64,000 nt of DNA from Bacilli bacterium (GTDB lineage: Bacteria; Bacillota_I; Bacilli_A; RFN20; CAG-826), in contig JAFYAZ010000039.1 in NCBI GenBank assembly GCA_017540455.1, positions 5,587-69,586 on the forward strand. The letters run 5' to 3'. Both the position numbers and the translations under genes were made by a program. Shown here piece after piece: positions 17,083 through 24,848 of the stretch (its first letter is position 1; every line of letters begins with the position of its first letter). A model generated the notes under the pieces. The model searched no databases and was not told where the DNA came from. It saw nothing but the letters and a program-made list of their open reading frames with translations.

Positions 17083-18669
17083 TTAACCAACGTCCTTGAG
17101 GAAGCCGGCGATCTTGGCTTTGGACATCTTGAACTCGGCTTTGCCAAAGAGCTTGGTGAGCTTGGCATCGAGTTCGATTAAGTCATCGCGTAAGTGGGCG
17201 ATGTTAAGGGATTCGAATTTCTTTAAGATCTTCGTGGCGAAGATGTAGTCAACGCCTTCAAGTTCGGTTCCGCCGGTGGCGACGTAGCATGGGACGAAGG
17301 CATTGAGCTGCTTAAGAATACGGTTACCAAAGGCAAGCTTAAAGTGTTGGATGACAAAGTCATCGAGCTCAGTGAACTTCTCTAAGGTCTTTCCGGAGAT
17401 TGGGAAGTTGCTATTGGCTTCGGCATAAAGCTTCATTAAGTATTCGAATGGGAGAGGGAGACCCTCGGTGAATGGCGCTTCAAAGGCGATACCTTTGTTA
17501 TCGAAGAAGAGCGACATAGCACGGTCATAGACCTTATCGGTGATGGTGAAGGTCGAGTCATCGTTGTTCGCGGTGCCGATGAACCAGACGTTCTGAGGGA
17601 TGAGAAGCTTACCATCATGGAGGTGCTTAGGATCGTCTTTCTGCGGGGAAGAGATGAGGTCGATGTTCCAGGCCGATGGGTTAGGCATTTCCATGATGGA
17701 AAGGAATTCGGCGAAGTAGTACTCGATACGGGCGATGTTCATCTCATCGAGGACGATGAGGTTGATGTCCTCTCTGAAGGTGGATTCGTAGATGCTTCTT
17801 AAGAATTCGGTCTCGGTGAACTTCTTGGTGAAGTCGTTGTAGAAGCCTAAGAGCTCGGAACGGTCACGCCAGGAAGGCTGGACGGAGCAGATGGTGCAGT
17901 TGTTCTGGAAGAATTTCCCCAAAGCGTATGGCAAAGAGGTTTTACCTGTACCGGAAATACCTTCGAGAATGATGATCTTGCCGGTTCCCATGGAAGCGAA
18001 GAAAGCGCGCATGGCTGGGATGGTGTAATAGAGTTTGAGCTGGGAAGCGGCGTAGTTTCTGAATCTTTCGACGATTTCCTGAAGGGAGATGTCGGTTGCG
18101 TCTGCTGGAAGTTCGACATGGGTGGAAATCTCAGCGTATTTCTCGTCGACGGCGATAAGACGAGGGAATCTGACGTCTTTCTCGCCTGGGACCCCTCCTT
18201 CTTCCGTTTCTTCGGTTTCTTGAGCGTTAGAAGAGGTGGAAATCTCGCTAGAACCTCCGACAGAGATCGATTCGGATGGGGATAGGCCAAGGGAATCGAG
18301 CTGGAGGCCAAGGATTCTGTTCTTTTCTTGGGTGGCGTTATAGAGTTCGATCTGAAGGTTCTGGACTTCTTCGCGGAGTCTTTCGCGATCGATCTCGGTG
18401 CGGTAGAACTTGATGTATTTTCTAAGCAGCCAATAGATGAGGAAAACGAGTGCGCCTATCGCTGCGACGAAGAAAATGGCAAAGAGGACGAAGAAGAACC
18501 AGCCCCAGAAGCCAAAACCGCTGGCGAAATTGTCGAAAATGATTCCGTACTGGACGAAATCATCTGGGACATCGGCCCACGGGACGGCCCATCTCTGGTT
18601 CAGCCATCTGCCGAAATTGGATAATACGGCGACGACCATTTCACGAAGGTAATTGAAATAGTTTTCCAT
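17083..18669 (-). CDS. membrane-anchored McrB-family (AAA_5) AAA+ NTPase
   Basis: 528 aa. An N-terminal TM helix (FGFWGWFFFVLFAIFFVAAIGALVFLIYWLL) is followed by a short coiled coil and an acidic/Ser linker. The AAA+ core has Walker A LEGISGTGKTS and Walker B plus the McrB signature LIVLDEMNIARIEYYFAEFLSIME (cf. E. coli McrB FIIDEINRANLSKVFGEVMMLME). It also has IPQNVWFIGTANNDDS...VYDRA (cf. VPENVYIIGLMNTADRS). No DNA-binding N-domain was recognised. Confidence 0.7.
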   Translation of the reverse strand: MENYFNYLREMVVAVLSNFGRWLNQRWAVPWADVPDDFVQYGIIFDNFASGFGFWGWFFFVLFAIFFVAAIGALVFLIYWLLRKYIKFYRTEIDRERLREEVQNLQIELYNATQEKNRILGLQLDSLGLSPSESISVGGSSEISTSSNAQETEETEEGGVPGEKDVRFPRLIAVDEKYAEISTHVELPADATDISLQEIVERFRNYAASQLKLYYTIPAMRAFFASMGTGKIIILEGISGTGKTSLPYALGKFFQNNCTICSVQPSWRDRSELLGFYNDFTKKFTETEFLRSIYESTFREDINLIVLDEMNIARIEYYFAEFLSIMEMPNPSAWNIDLISSPQKDDPKHLHDGKLLIPQNVWFIGTANNDDSTFTITDKVYDRAMSLFFDNKGIAFEAPFTEGLPLPFEYLMKLYAEANSNFPISGKTLEKFTELDDFVIQHFKLAFGNRILKQLNAFVPCYVATGGTELEGVDYIFATKILKKFESLNIAHLRDDLIELDAKLTKLFGKAEFKMSKAKIAGFLKDVG

Positions 18670-18693
18670 TATTTCTCTCCTCTTTTGATGGTG

Positions 18694-19755
18694 TTAGTTG
18701 TTCGTTGGCGCCACGGTGCGGTGCTCACCCATAAAGGCGATATGCGCATTGAAGGCGGCGTTGATGAGGTCGTTGGAGCATTCTTTGTCCCAACCCTCAA
18801 GGTAGATGGTGATGACGAGTCTCTTGACCTCGTTTGGGGCGATGTAGGTCACCCACTTCTTCGTATGAAGAAGCTCGGAAAGGGAATAGGTCTCCTCTTC
18901 TTTGATCTTGAGGTTTCCTTCGCTGACCGATTTATCAAGGTTGAGATGCCTGATGCCGGCTTTCGTCTTGCCTCCGACACCTGGTTTGGCGTTGTCGTAT
19001 TCATGATGTTCGACATCATGGTCCACGGCGTCATCGTAAATCAAATTGGCGTCTTCATTATATTCCCCATACAATACTTCTTCAAAAGAAGAATTGTAAT
19101 CGATGTATCCGTCATAGAAGCTGACATCGAGGAGGCCGCCTAATTTGGTCTTGCTTCCAGTTTCGACATTCGGCTCATAAATGACATATCCATCTTCCGA
19201 GTAGAAGGACACGCGGATGGCGTCTTCAACAGAGTTGAGGGCTTCCACGCTGGTGCCGGTCTGGACAGCGGTGACCTCGTTGCGGGCGTTATTGGCTCTG
19301 ACGGAGGTGGTTGGGTCGAGATAGACATAGGTTCCAACGTCGCTAGTGAGGAAGATCTCCTGCTGGTAGAAGCCACTTGTGGCCTCGCCGGTCTCACGGT
19401 ATCCCCTGGCAGAAGGGTATTCGCTAGAGAGGGTCGGGAATCTGTCGTTAAGATAGACGCTGTTATCCTGGAACATCGAGCTCACTGGAGTGAGATAGAA
19501 TTCGCCGTCATTGGAGATGCTGTCCCCTGCTGCGAACTCGATCATGCCAAGCTCGTTTCTTTCACCGATGCGGATATCGTGGTTGGTTGCTTCAACGTGG
19601 ATGTTTCCGACGGTGAGGAAGTCAGAGACGCTGAACCAGGCGATCGTGGAGGTGACGAACGCGCTCAAAGTAAGCGAAAAAAGGGCTAAAGCAGCCCAAA
19701 GCAGGCTTTGTTGCCTGACGCCGATTTTTTTCACTCTACGTACGCGCGTAAACAA
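18694..19755 (-). CDS. exported TasA/camelysin-like protein (paralog 3) with SipW-class signal peptide
   Basis: 353 aa. The signal is ...LLWAALALFSLTLSAFVTSTIAWFSVSD (cf. TasA ..GGGTWAAFND, CalY ..GGGTFAYFSD). It shares AIRVSFYSED, YLDPTTS and the C-terminal VITIYLEGWDKEC strand with the other three paralogs. The TTG start lies unusually close to its GGGAGG, so the exact start is uncertain. Confidence 0.6.
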   Translation of the reverse strand: MFTRVRRVKKIGVRQQSLLWAALALFSLTLSAFVTSTIAWFSVSDFLTVGNIHVEATNHDIRIGERNELGMIEFAAGDSISNDGEFYLTPVSSMFQDNSVYLNDRFPTLSSEYPSARGYRETGEATSGFYQQEIFLTSDVGTYVYLDPTTSVRANNARNEVTAVQTGTSVEALNSVEDAIRVSFYSEDGYVIYEPNVETGSKTKLGGLLDVSFYDGYIDYNSSFEEVLYGEYNEDANLIYDDAVDHDVEHHEYDNAKPGVGGKTKAGIRHLNLDKSVSEGNLKIKEEETYSLSELLHTKKWVTYIAPNEVKRLVITIYLEGWDKECSNDLINAAFNAHIAFMGEHRTVAPTNN

Positions 19756-19768
19756 AATCCTCCCTTAC

Positions 19769-20797
19769 TTACTCTGAAATTTCTTCAGAAGCGTTTAACA
19801 CGCTTCCGGTCGACTCGTCTCTTGCCCAGGACTGGGTGAGGTTTTCGCTCGTGAAGTGCATCGACATCGTCAAAGCGGAACCCACAGGGTTCTCACCCAC
19901 ACAGTCGGCGTCGAAGCCTTCGAGCCAGATGACGACGGTGAAGCGTCGGATCTCACGAGGCATGAGATAGGTCTCATTCTTCATGACGATCATCGCTAAC
20001 GGATCACTTCCGTCGTCGTTAAGGAAATTCGTGCAATATCCTTTGTTCTCTTCTCTTTTCGCCGTGTATCCGTTGGTGGTCTCAGTGGTTCCGGTGATGA
20101 GCTCATTGTTCGAGGCGTTGGTCGAGAATGACTTCGCTCTGCGTGCGTATGTGCCCACCATCTCGTGCTTGAGTTCATTCTCGTCGAAGTGAGAGTCATA
20201 GACTCTGACCCTGACGATGTCCTCAATCGAACAGCTGGCATCAACGTTGGATGGTTCGGTGATGGAGGAGAAATCGATGTAGTAGTTTGCTTTTGCCATT
20301 TCGCTTGGCGAGGAGTTCCTTAAGTAGAATGTGTACTTGAAAGAATAGTCTTGGGTGTTCTCGACATCGGTCGGAGCGTTCTTGCGGCTTCCGAGGATGA
20401 CGGATTCATCGGCGACATCGGCATCGACGAAGTCCTCTTCGAGGAGATCGTCCGCGCACATCGGCGTGGTGCACTCATAACCGCCTGCCATCAGGTAAGT
20501 GGTTCTGTTTTTAAGATCGGTGCCTGAGGTGCTTGATGTGAGCGAATCACCGATCGAGAGCTCGTTTCTGACTTGCTCAAGTTTGACGGTGAATGAACCG
20601 AAGTTACGGCCTAAAAGGGCGATGATGATGAGAACGGTGAGAACGCTGATGGACACGCCTAAAATGATGGCGGCGATACGCCTTCTGCGTCTGCGCTTAA
20701 GAAAATCAGGCTCTCTTGGCTCGATCAACTTGACCGCAGAGTCGCTGCCATTATCTAAAGTAACTGTCTCAACAGGCTCTATTTGTTCCAAAACCAT
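19769..20797 (-). CDS. membrane-anchored TasA-like paralog (paralog 4); first gene of the riboswitch-controlled operon
   Basis: 342 aa. A ~40-aa cytoplasmic N-tail ending RRRRRR is followed by a TM (IAAIILGVSISVLTVLIIIALLG). The ectodomain has IVRVRVYDSH and VVIWLEGFDADC motifs shared with the paralogs. A GGAGG RBS lies 2 nt upstream of ATG 20797. Confidence 0.55.
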   Translation of the reverse strand: MVLEQIEPVETVTLDNGSDSAVKLIEPREPDFLKRRRRRRIAAIILGVSISVLTVLIIIALLGRNFGSFTVKLEQVRNELSIGDSLTSSTSGTDLKNRTTYLMAGGYECTTPMCADDLLEEDFVDADVADESVILGSRKNAPTDVENTQDYSFKYTFYLRNSSPSEMAKANYYIDFSSITEPSNVDASCSIEDIVRVRVYDSHFDENELKHEMVGTYARRAKSFSTNASNNELITGTTETTNGYTAKREENKGYCTNFLNDDGSDPLAMIVMKNETYLMPREIRRFTVVIWLEGFDADCVGENPVGSALTMSMHFTSENLTQSWARDESTGSVLNASEEISE

Positions 20798-20879
20798 AAC
20801 CTCCTTGAAAAAGGCTCTTAGCTTTGTTTGTTCAAAGCAAAACCAAAGGTTTTATGTAAGAGTATTTTAGTTCAATGAT

Positions 20880-20935
20880 GGCGAAAGAAAAACGGCGCTA
20901 CTTCTCTCTGCGCCGCCGGGACGAGGCTTTCGCCT
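20880..20935 (-). terminator. intrinsic terminator = expression platform of the c-di-GMP riboswitch
   Basis: The minus-strand RNA is CGGCGC-agagagaagua-GCGCCG followed by UUUUUCUUU (stem at + 20893-20898 / 20910-20915). It is enclosed by an outer pairing GGCGAAAG/CUUUCGCC (+ 20928-20935 / 20880-20887). It lies ~85 nt upstream of the first start codon. Confidence 0.7.
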
Positions 20936-20997
20936 ACCATCAGAATCACTTTTGTTCCAGGGCACAAGCAGAAGATTCTGGATATTCACGCTCATCG

Positions 20998-21110
20998 ACC
21001 CAGTTGCCCACTGAATCTAGAGTACTGAACTCCAGGCAACTGGCTACCACGCATATATTGCGAGGCCCTGTAGCTTTGCGTCGCCATGTTTCCATGGGTT
21101 TGCTATACAC
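20998..21110 (-). promoter_or_regulatory. c-di-GMP-I (GEMM-I) riboswitch aptamer
   Basis: The minus-strand RNA is GCGUGUAUAGCAAACC-CAUG-GAAA-CAUG-GCGACGCAAAGCUACAGGGCCUCGCAAUAUAUGCGUGGUAGCCAGUUGCC. It contains GCAAACC, a GAAA-capped stem, the near-invariant GACGCAAAGC, the second helix GCUAC...GUAGC and a trailing CAGUUGCC. This matches my memory of Vc2 and Bacillus GEMM-I sequences. Confidence 0.8.
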
Positions 21111-21114
21111 GCAT

Positions 21115-21143
21115 ATAATAGGTAAGGATTTTTACGTTGTCAA
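21115..21143 (-). promoter_or_regulatory. SigA-type promoter driving the riboswitch and operon
   Basis: The minus strand reads TTGACA (+21143-21138), a 17-nt spacer, then TATTAT (+21120-21115). The predicted TSS is a few nt before the aptamer. Confidence 0.7.
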
Positions 21144-21620
21144 GAGGGACGCACTCACTTTTTTTACAATCCTGAAAGCGTTTTCAAATTCTTTAGACAA
21201 TTTATAGTCATGCGCATCCTTATATTTATATACATACGCGCAAGAAGAGGGTCTTCTGGATCTGAGACCGGTGGTTTTGTAAAGATGAACCCCTACTTCT
21301 AGCTGGTTTTGGATTCAGATTTGACTGTTTTGAGAATTTCGTTCTTGAATTGTAAAGTTTTCTATGTTGTGAAAAGTCCACTGCCAATCGAGTATTTTAA
21401 ACTTTCTTAAAAATTGTTGAGTGTATTGCACTTGCAAAGATTCCAATCGTTATCTAAACTTATGGTGTCCTCAAAAAGGGCTCAAAAACAACTTGCCCGT
21501 TGTTCCTTCGAGAGGATGGTCGGACGATCACTCCGACGGTAAAGAAAGAAATCCATCAGAACCCAGACAATTGAAGCTGGGCTTTTCTGCTTATAAGCTT
21601 CAAGGAAGGAAATTACGATT

Positions 21621-22721
21621 ATGACCAATAGATCAAAAATGATTCTCGGCTTAGCCTCACTCCTCGGCGTCACCGCTGGTGCCACTGCTGTTTCCGGCTT
21701 TGCCTGGTTCGTTACCACCAAGACTGCTGATGTCAGCGTCACCAACATTAAAGTCTTCAATGACAACCCATCCCTCTCTGTCAGACTCGAGAACTTAGAA
21801 GGTGTCAAGCTCACTAATGATGCTGCAAACAACTTCGCCCTCAAGGCTGCCAAAGATACAACCAGCGTCGACGAAGAGTGGACTGCTGCTGCTGACCAAA
21901 CAGACTTCGTTCTCCCAACTAAACCACTTGCCGCTCCAACCGTTACTATTGACGGTGTGGTCGACACCACGCTTCATTCCTATGATGCTGCTAATAAGAC
22001 GATTCACTTCGATGCTGCTCCTGGTGCCGGCAAGAAAATCCGTGCTACCTACTATGACAAAGCTGCCTTAACCGACGTCAGCTCCTTGAATGGTAAGGAT
22101 TTCTATGATCCTACCTGGGAAACCGCCAACGAAGGTAAGAAAGCTACCTTAATTGATGACGCGGTTGCGGGCGAGCAGTACATCGCCTTCGATATGGTCT
22201 TCAGCGCTCCAACCACCGGAAGCCTCAAGGTCTATCTCAGCCAACCTTCAATCGAGGGCATCGACGAAACGAACAATACTGCTGACGCTGCTGCCGCTTC
22301 TGTTGCCCGTGTTGGTTTCTACAACGAAGATACCCACGCGAGTGTCCTTACTCTTTCTAGAAACATCGGCGACCATTACAACAAAGGCATCAGCAAAACC
22401 AAAGTTGAAAGTTACGATACCGGTAGCGGCACCGTCAATGCAAACACCGTCGACGGCCACTACACCATCGATCCAAACGTTCTTGACACCTGCACCACTC
22501 TTGCCACCCCATGTGCCACCGACTACAGCGTCATGAGCTCAGCTCCAACTTCAGGAACCGACCTTTCTAACAACTTCATCGCTCTTATCGACGGCTCAGA
22601 CGTTAGACTTCACGTCACCATTTGGCTTGAAGGAACCTCTAACACCACTGATGGAGACTACAGCGCTCCTATCGGCGGAGAAATCAACGTCACCCTCCCA
22701 ATTGTCGCCTTTGGCGCCTAA
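21621..22721 (+). CDS. exported TasA/camelysin-like fibre-subunit candidate (paralog 1), SipW-class signal peptide
   Basis: 366 aa with an AAGGAAGGA RBS. The signal is MTNRSKMILGLASLLGVTAGATAVSGFAWFVTTK. It is Thr/Ala/Asp-rich with only two Cys in the mature part. The C-terminal strand HVTIWLEGTSNT resembles the TasA C-terminal ..LQFSFEATQ. It shares LTDVSS.NG..FY.P.W, LKVYL..PSI and ARVGFYNED with paralog 2. Confidence 0.65.
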   Translation: MTNRSKMILGLASLLGVTAGATAVSGFAWFVTTKTADVSVTNIKVFNDNPSLSVRLENLEGVKLTNDAANNFALKAAKDTTSVDEEWTAAADQTDFVLPTKPLAAPTVTIDGVVDTTLHSYDAANKTIHFDAAPGAGKKIRATYYDKAALTDVSSLNGKDFYDPTWETANEGKKATLIDDAVAGEQYIAFDMVFSAPTTGSLKVYLSQPSIEGIDETNNTADAAAASVARVGFYNEDTHASVLTLSRNIGDHYNKGISKTKVESYDTGSGTVNANTVDGHYTIDPNVLDTCTTLATPCATDYSVMSSAPTSGTDLSNNFIALIDGSDVRLHVTIWLEGTSNTTDGDYSAPIGGEINVTLPIVAFGA

Positions 22722-22772
22722 TCGAGATCGATCACTCGACTTCTCAATTTCTTAATTAAGGAGAAAACAAAA

Positions 22773-23879
22773 ATGACAAAAAAATCAAAGATGATTCTTG
22801 GCCTCGCTTCCATGCTTGGCGTCTCAGCCGGTGCTGCCGCTGTTAGCGGCTTCGCCTGGTTCACCACCACCAAAAAAGCCACCGTTGATGTCACTAACAT
22901 CGGCGTCTACAGCAAGAGCAGCAACCTCAACGTTCAATACACCGCCGCTGTTAAAGGATGTATCGACGATCCTAACGATGCCTCAAGTGTTGGCGATATT
23001 AATATCATGGCTAGCGCAGAAAAGACCCAAAACTTCACTGGCGACGGAACCACCACTTCGTTCACCCTTGACTTAGAACCTTATGCAGCTCCAACCGCTA
23101 CCGTCGATGGGAATACCACTGCCGTCACTTGGACATCCGGAAAAACCATCTCATTCGCATCCGCACCTGGCAACGGCCTCCCTATCGTCGTTACCTACAA
23201 GACTCATTCAGTCTTAACAGACGTTTCTTCTGTCGATGGACAAAAGTTCTACAAACCAGTTTGGACTGCCGGAAACGAAGGCTTATATGCCACTTCAATC
23301 TTGTCTTCTGCTCTCCCGACACCAACCCTTACCGAAGGTTGGCTCTCCTTCACAATGACTCTTACCGCAAATGGTAGCAGCCCACTTAAAGTATTCCTCA
23401 ATACCCCAAGCATCACGGCCGCTACTGGTGCTACCACAGAACAACAGGACGCAAATGATGCCGCTGCGGAGATCGCCCGTGTCGCGCTTATCGAAGATGA
23501 AACCCACTATTTGGTTTTACAAAATACTAGCGTCGCTACGAACAATCTTGGCATCAACCAAACTTATGTCAACGACAACAGCTTAAAGACTAATGGCTTG
23601 TACGATTTGTCAAAACTTGCTGAAGAAGTTGATGAAGACCATTTCGCAATTCCTAACGCTTCCGACAAGAGCAATCTATCTGATGCTCCAGCGGAGAACG
23701 CTACGCAGAACTACGTTACTACTGTCCCAGCCGGCGCATCTAAAGTTATCACCGTCGCCATTTGGCTCGAAGGAACAAGCCACATCACCGCTTATACCGC
23801 TCCTTCTGGCGGTGGCAGCTATTCTGCCGATCCAGCAAACGGTATCTTCAGTGTGGCTCTCCCACTCATCGCCTTCTAA
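22773..23879 (+). CDS. exported TasA/camelysin-like fibre-subunit candidate (paralog 2), SipW-class signal peptide
   Basis: 368 aa with an AAGGAG RBS. The signal is MTKKSKMILGLASMLGVSAGAAAVSGFAWFTTTK. The C-terminal strand is ITVAIWLEGTSHIT and the C-terminus is ..LPLIAF (paralog 1 ends ..LPIVAFGA). It sits in tandem, 51 nt after paralog 1. Confidence 0.65.
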   Translation: MTKKSKMILGLASMLGVSAGAAAVSGFAWFTTTKKATVDVTNIGVYSKSSNLNVQYTAAVKGCIDDPNDASSVGDINIMASAEKTQNFTGDGTTTSFTLDLEPYAAPTATVDGNTTAVTWTSGKTISFASAPGNGLPIVVTYKTHSVLTDVSSVDGQKFYKPVWTAGNEGLYATSILSSALPTPTLTEGWLSFTMTLTANGSSPLKVFLNTPSITAATGATTEQQDANDAAAEIARVALIEDETHYLVLQNTSVATNNLGINQTYVNDNSLKTNGLYDLSKLAEEVDEDHFAIPNASDKSNLSDAPAENATQNYVTTVPAGASKVITVAIWLEGTSHITAYTAPSGGGSYSADPANGIFSVALPLIAF

Positions 23880-23899
23880 TCAACATCACTAACGATTTA

Positions 23900-23926
23900 G
23901 CCTTCCCTCACGGGAGGGCTTTTTCT
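23900..23926 (+). terminator. intrinsic terminator after the tandem TasA-like genes
   Basis: The hairpin is GCCTTCCC-tcac-GGGAGGGC (8 bp including one G-U) followed by TTTTTCTT. Confidence 0.7.
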
Positions 23927-24161
23927 TATGCCTTGTTGTGTGACTTCTCTCGGGACTTGTGTGTTCCTACACCCCCACACGAAGAAAAACGCCTCTAGAA
24001 ACAGGCCATATGAAACGATTGTCTTTTCCTTAAGGAAAATATTCGTTTTCTTTTATGACGAGGCTCTATGAGGCGTTTATGAAGGTGATTTGTGTTTGGG
24101 CGTATTTAGGCAAAAGAAAACCGGCCACTTGGACCGGTTAGTTTCTTTGTTGGATGAAGAA

Positions 24162-24545
24162 CTATTTCTCTTCCTCGGATTTCTTGGATTGGTTCCTGAT
24201 CTCCGCGAGAGCTTCTTCTCTAGCCTGTCTCTTGGCTTCTTCGAGAAGGTCGTTCTTCTCTTGATCGCTGAGCATCGATTCTCTCTTGGTCGCGTACATG
24301 ATGAGGTAAACACCATCAACGACGAAGATAAGGAAGAGAGGGAGAACAATCGTGCAAGCGAAGAGGATTGAGTTGTTCTGAAGGGTGCCGATGAATGGAC
24401 CGTTGAGATCAAGGTTCTTCTGCTGGTTCGCATTAGGATCGATCGTGACCATGACCCAGATCGAGACGATGAGACAGAAGATAATCACACACACCTCGAT
24501 TGCGGCGATGATGATAAGAGCTTTTTTGCTGAGAGGTTTATTCAT
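24162..24545 (-). CDS. small membrane protein, hypothetical
   Basis: The ORF 24162..24569 is trimmed to ATG 24545 (MNKPLSKK...), which has AAGGAA 6 nt upstream. It has two TM helices and a charged C-tail. The terminator AACCGG...CCGGTT plus a U-run lies at about 24117-24141. Confidence 0.55.
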   Translation of the reverse strand: MNKPLSKKALIIIAAIEVCVIIFCLIVSIWVMVTIDPNANQQKNLDLNGPFIGTLQNNSILFACTIVLPLFLIFVVDGVYLIMYATKRESMLSDQEKNDLLEEAKRQAREEALAEIRNQSKKSEEEK

Positions 24546-24708
24546 AAAACATTCCTTAAATCGACCCAAAAGGTCGGTGAATGGGCTTTTTTATAAGTTA
24601 ATACTAGACCATATGTATTAAAATCGCAAATATTTACGCATCTGAGCATATCATTAGGCTTATTTGGACACTCTACATATAATGGTGGTGTTCCTTAGGG
24701 ATGACGAT

Positions 24709-24846
24709 ATGAAAGACGATAACAAAAAGAGAAAGTGCTGCTGCCACACCTACTATATCGAAGGCGAGCCTTTCCTATGCTGCGAAGACGAAGAGATCAA
24801 GCCAAAGAAGAAGGCTTCTAGGAAGAAAAGCTGCCCGGCCAAATAA
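24709..24846 (+). CDS. 45-aa Cys-rich, highly charged micro-protein (hypothetical)
   Basis: The sequence is MKDDNKKRKCCCHTYYIEGEPFLCCEDEEIKPKKKASRKKSCPAK. TATAAT lies at 24680-24685 and AGGGA 7 nt before the ATG. A strong hairpin terminator follows directly. The track ORF starts earlier, at TTG 24664. Confidence 0.45.
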   Translation: MKDDNKKRKCCCHTYYIEGEPFLCCEDEEIKPKKKASRKKSCPAK

Positions 24847-24848
24847 AA

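Noticed and set aside
14990-18669. Calling the AAA+/partner pair a bona fide McrBC restriction system
   Set aside because: The ATPase has no DNA-reader N-domain (it has a TM helix instead). The partner has no PD-(D/E)xK motif that I could find. Only the NTPase core and gene order resemble McrBC.
20875-21207. 110-aa + strand ORF in the divergent intergenic region
   Set aside because: It has no RBS and overlaps the minus-strand riboswitch, terminator and promoter, which explain the sequence conservation better.
21190-21620. Possible second c-di-GMP riboswitch or other leader upstream of the + strand TasA-like genes
   Set aside because: I looked for GCAAACC / ACGCAAAGC on the + strand and found only a partial CUUGCAAAGAU (about 21430). 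Small hairpins are present (GTCGGA-cgatcac-TCCGAC at ~21519-21537, AACAAC..GTTGTT). There is no recognisable aptamer or convincing promoter, so regulation of these genes stays open.
21482-21970. 162-aa minus-strand ORF, plus 22718..22900 minus-strand ORF, overlapping the starts of the TasA-like genes
   Set aside because: They are antisense shadows of Ala/Thr/Val-rich signal-peptide coding regions and have no RBS.
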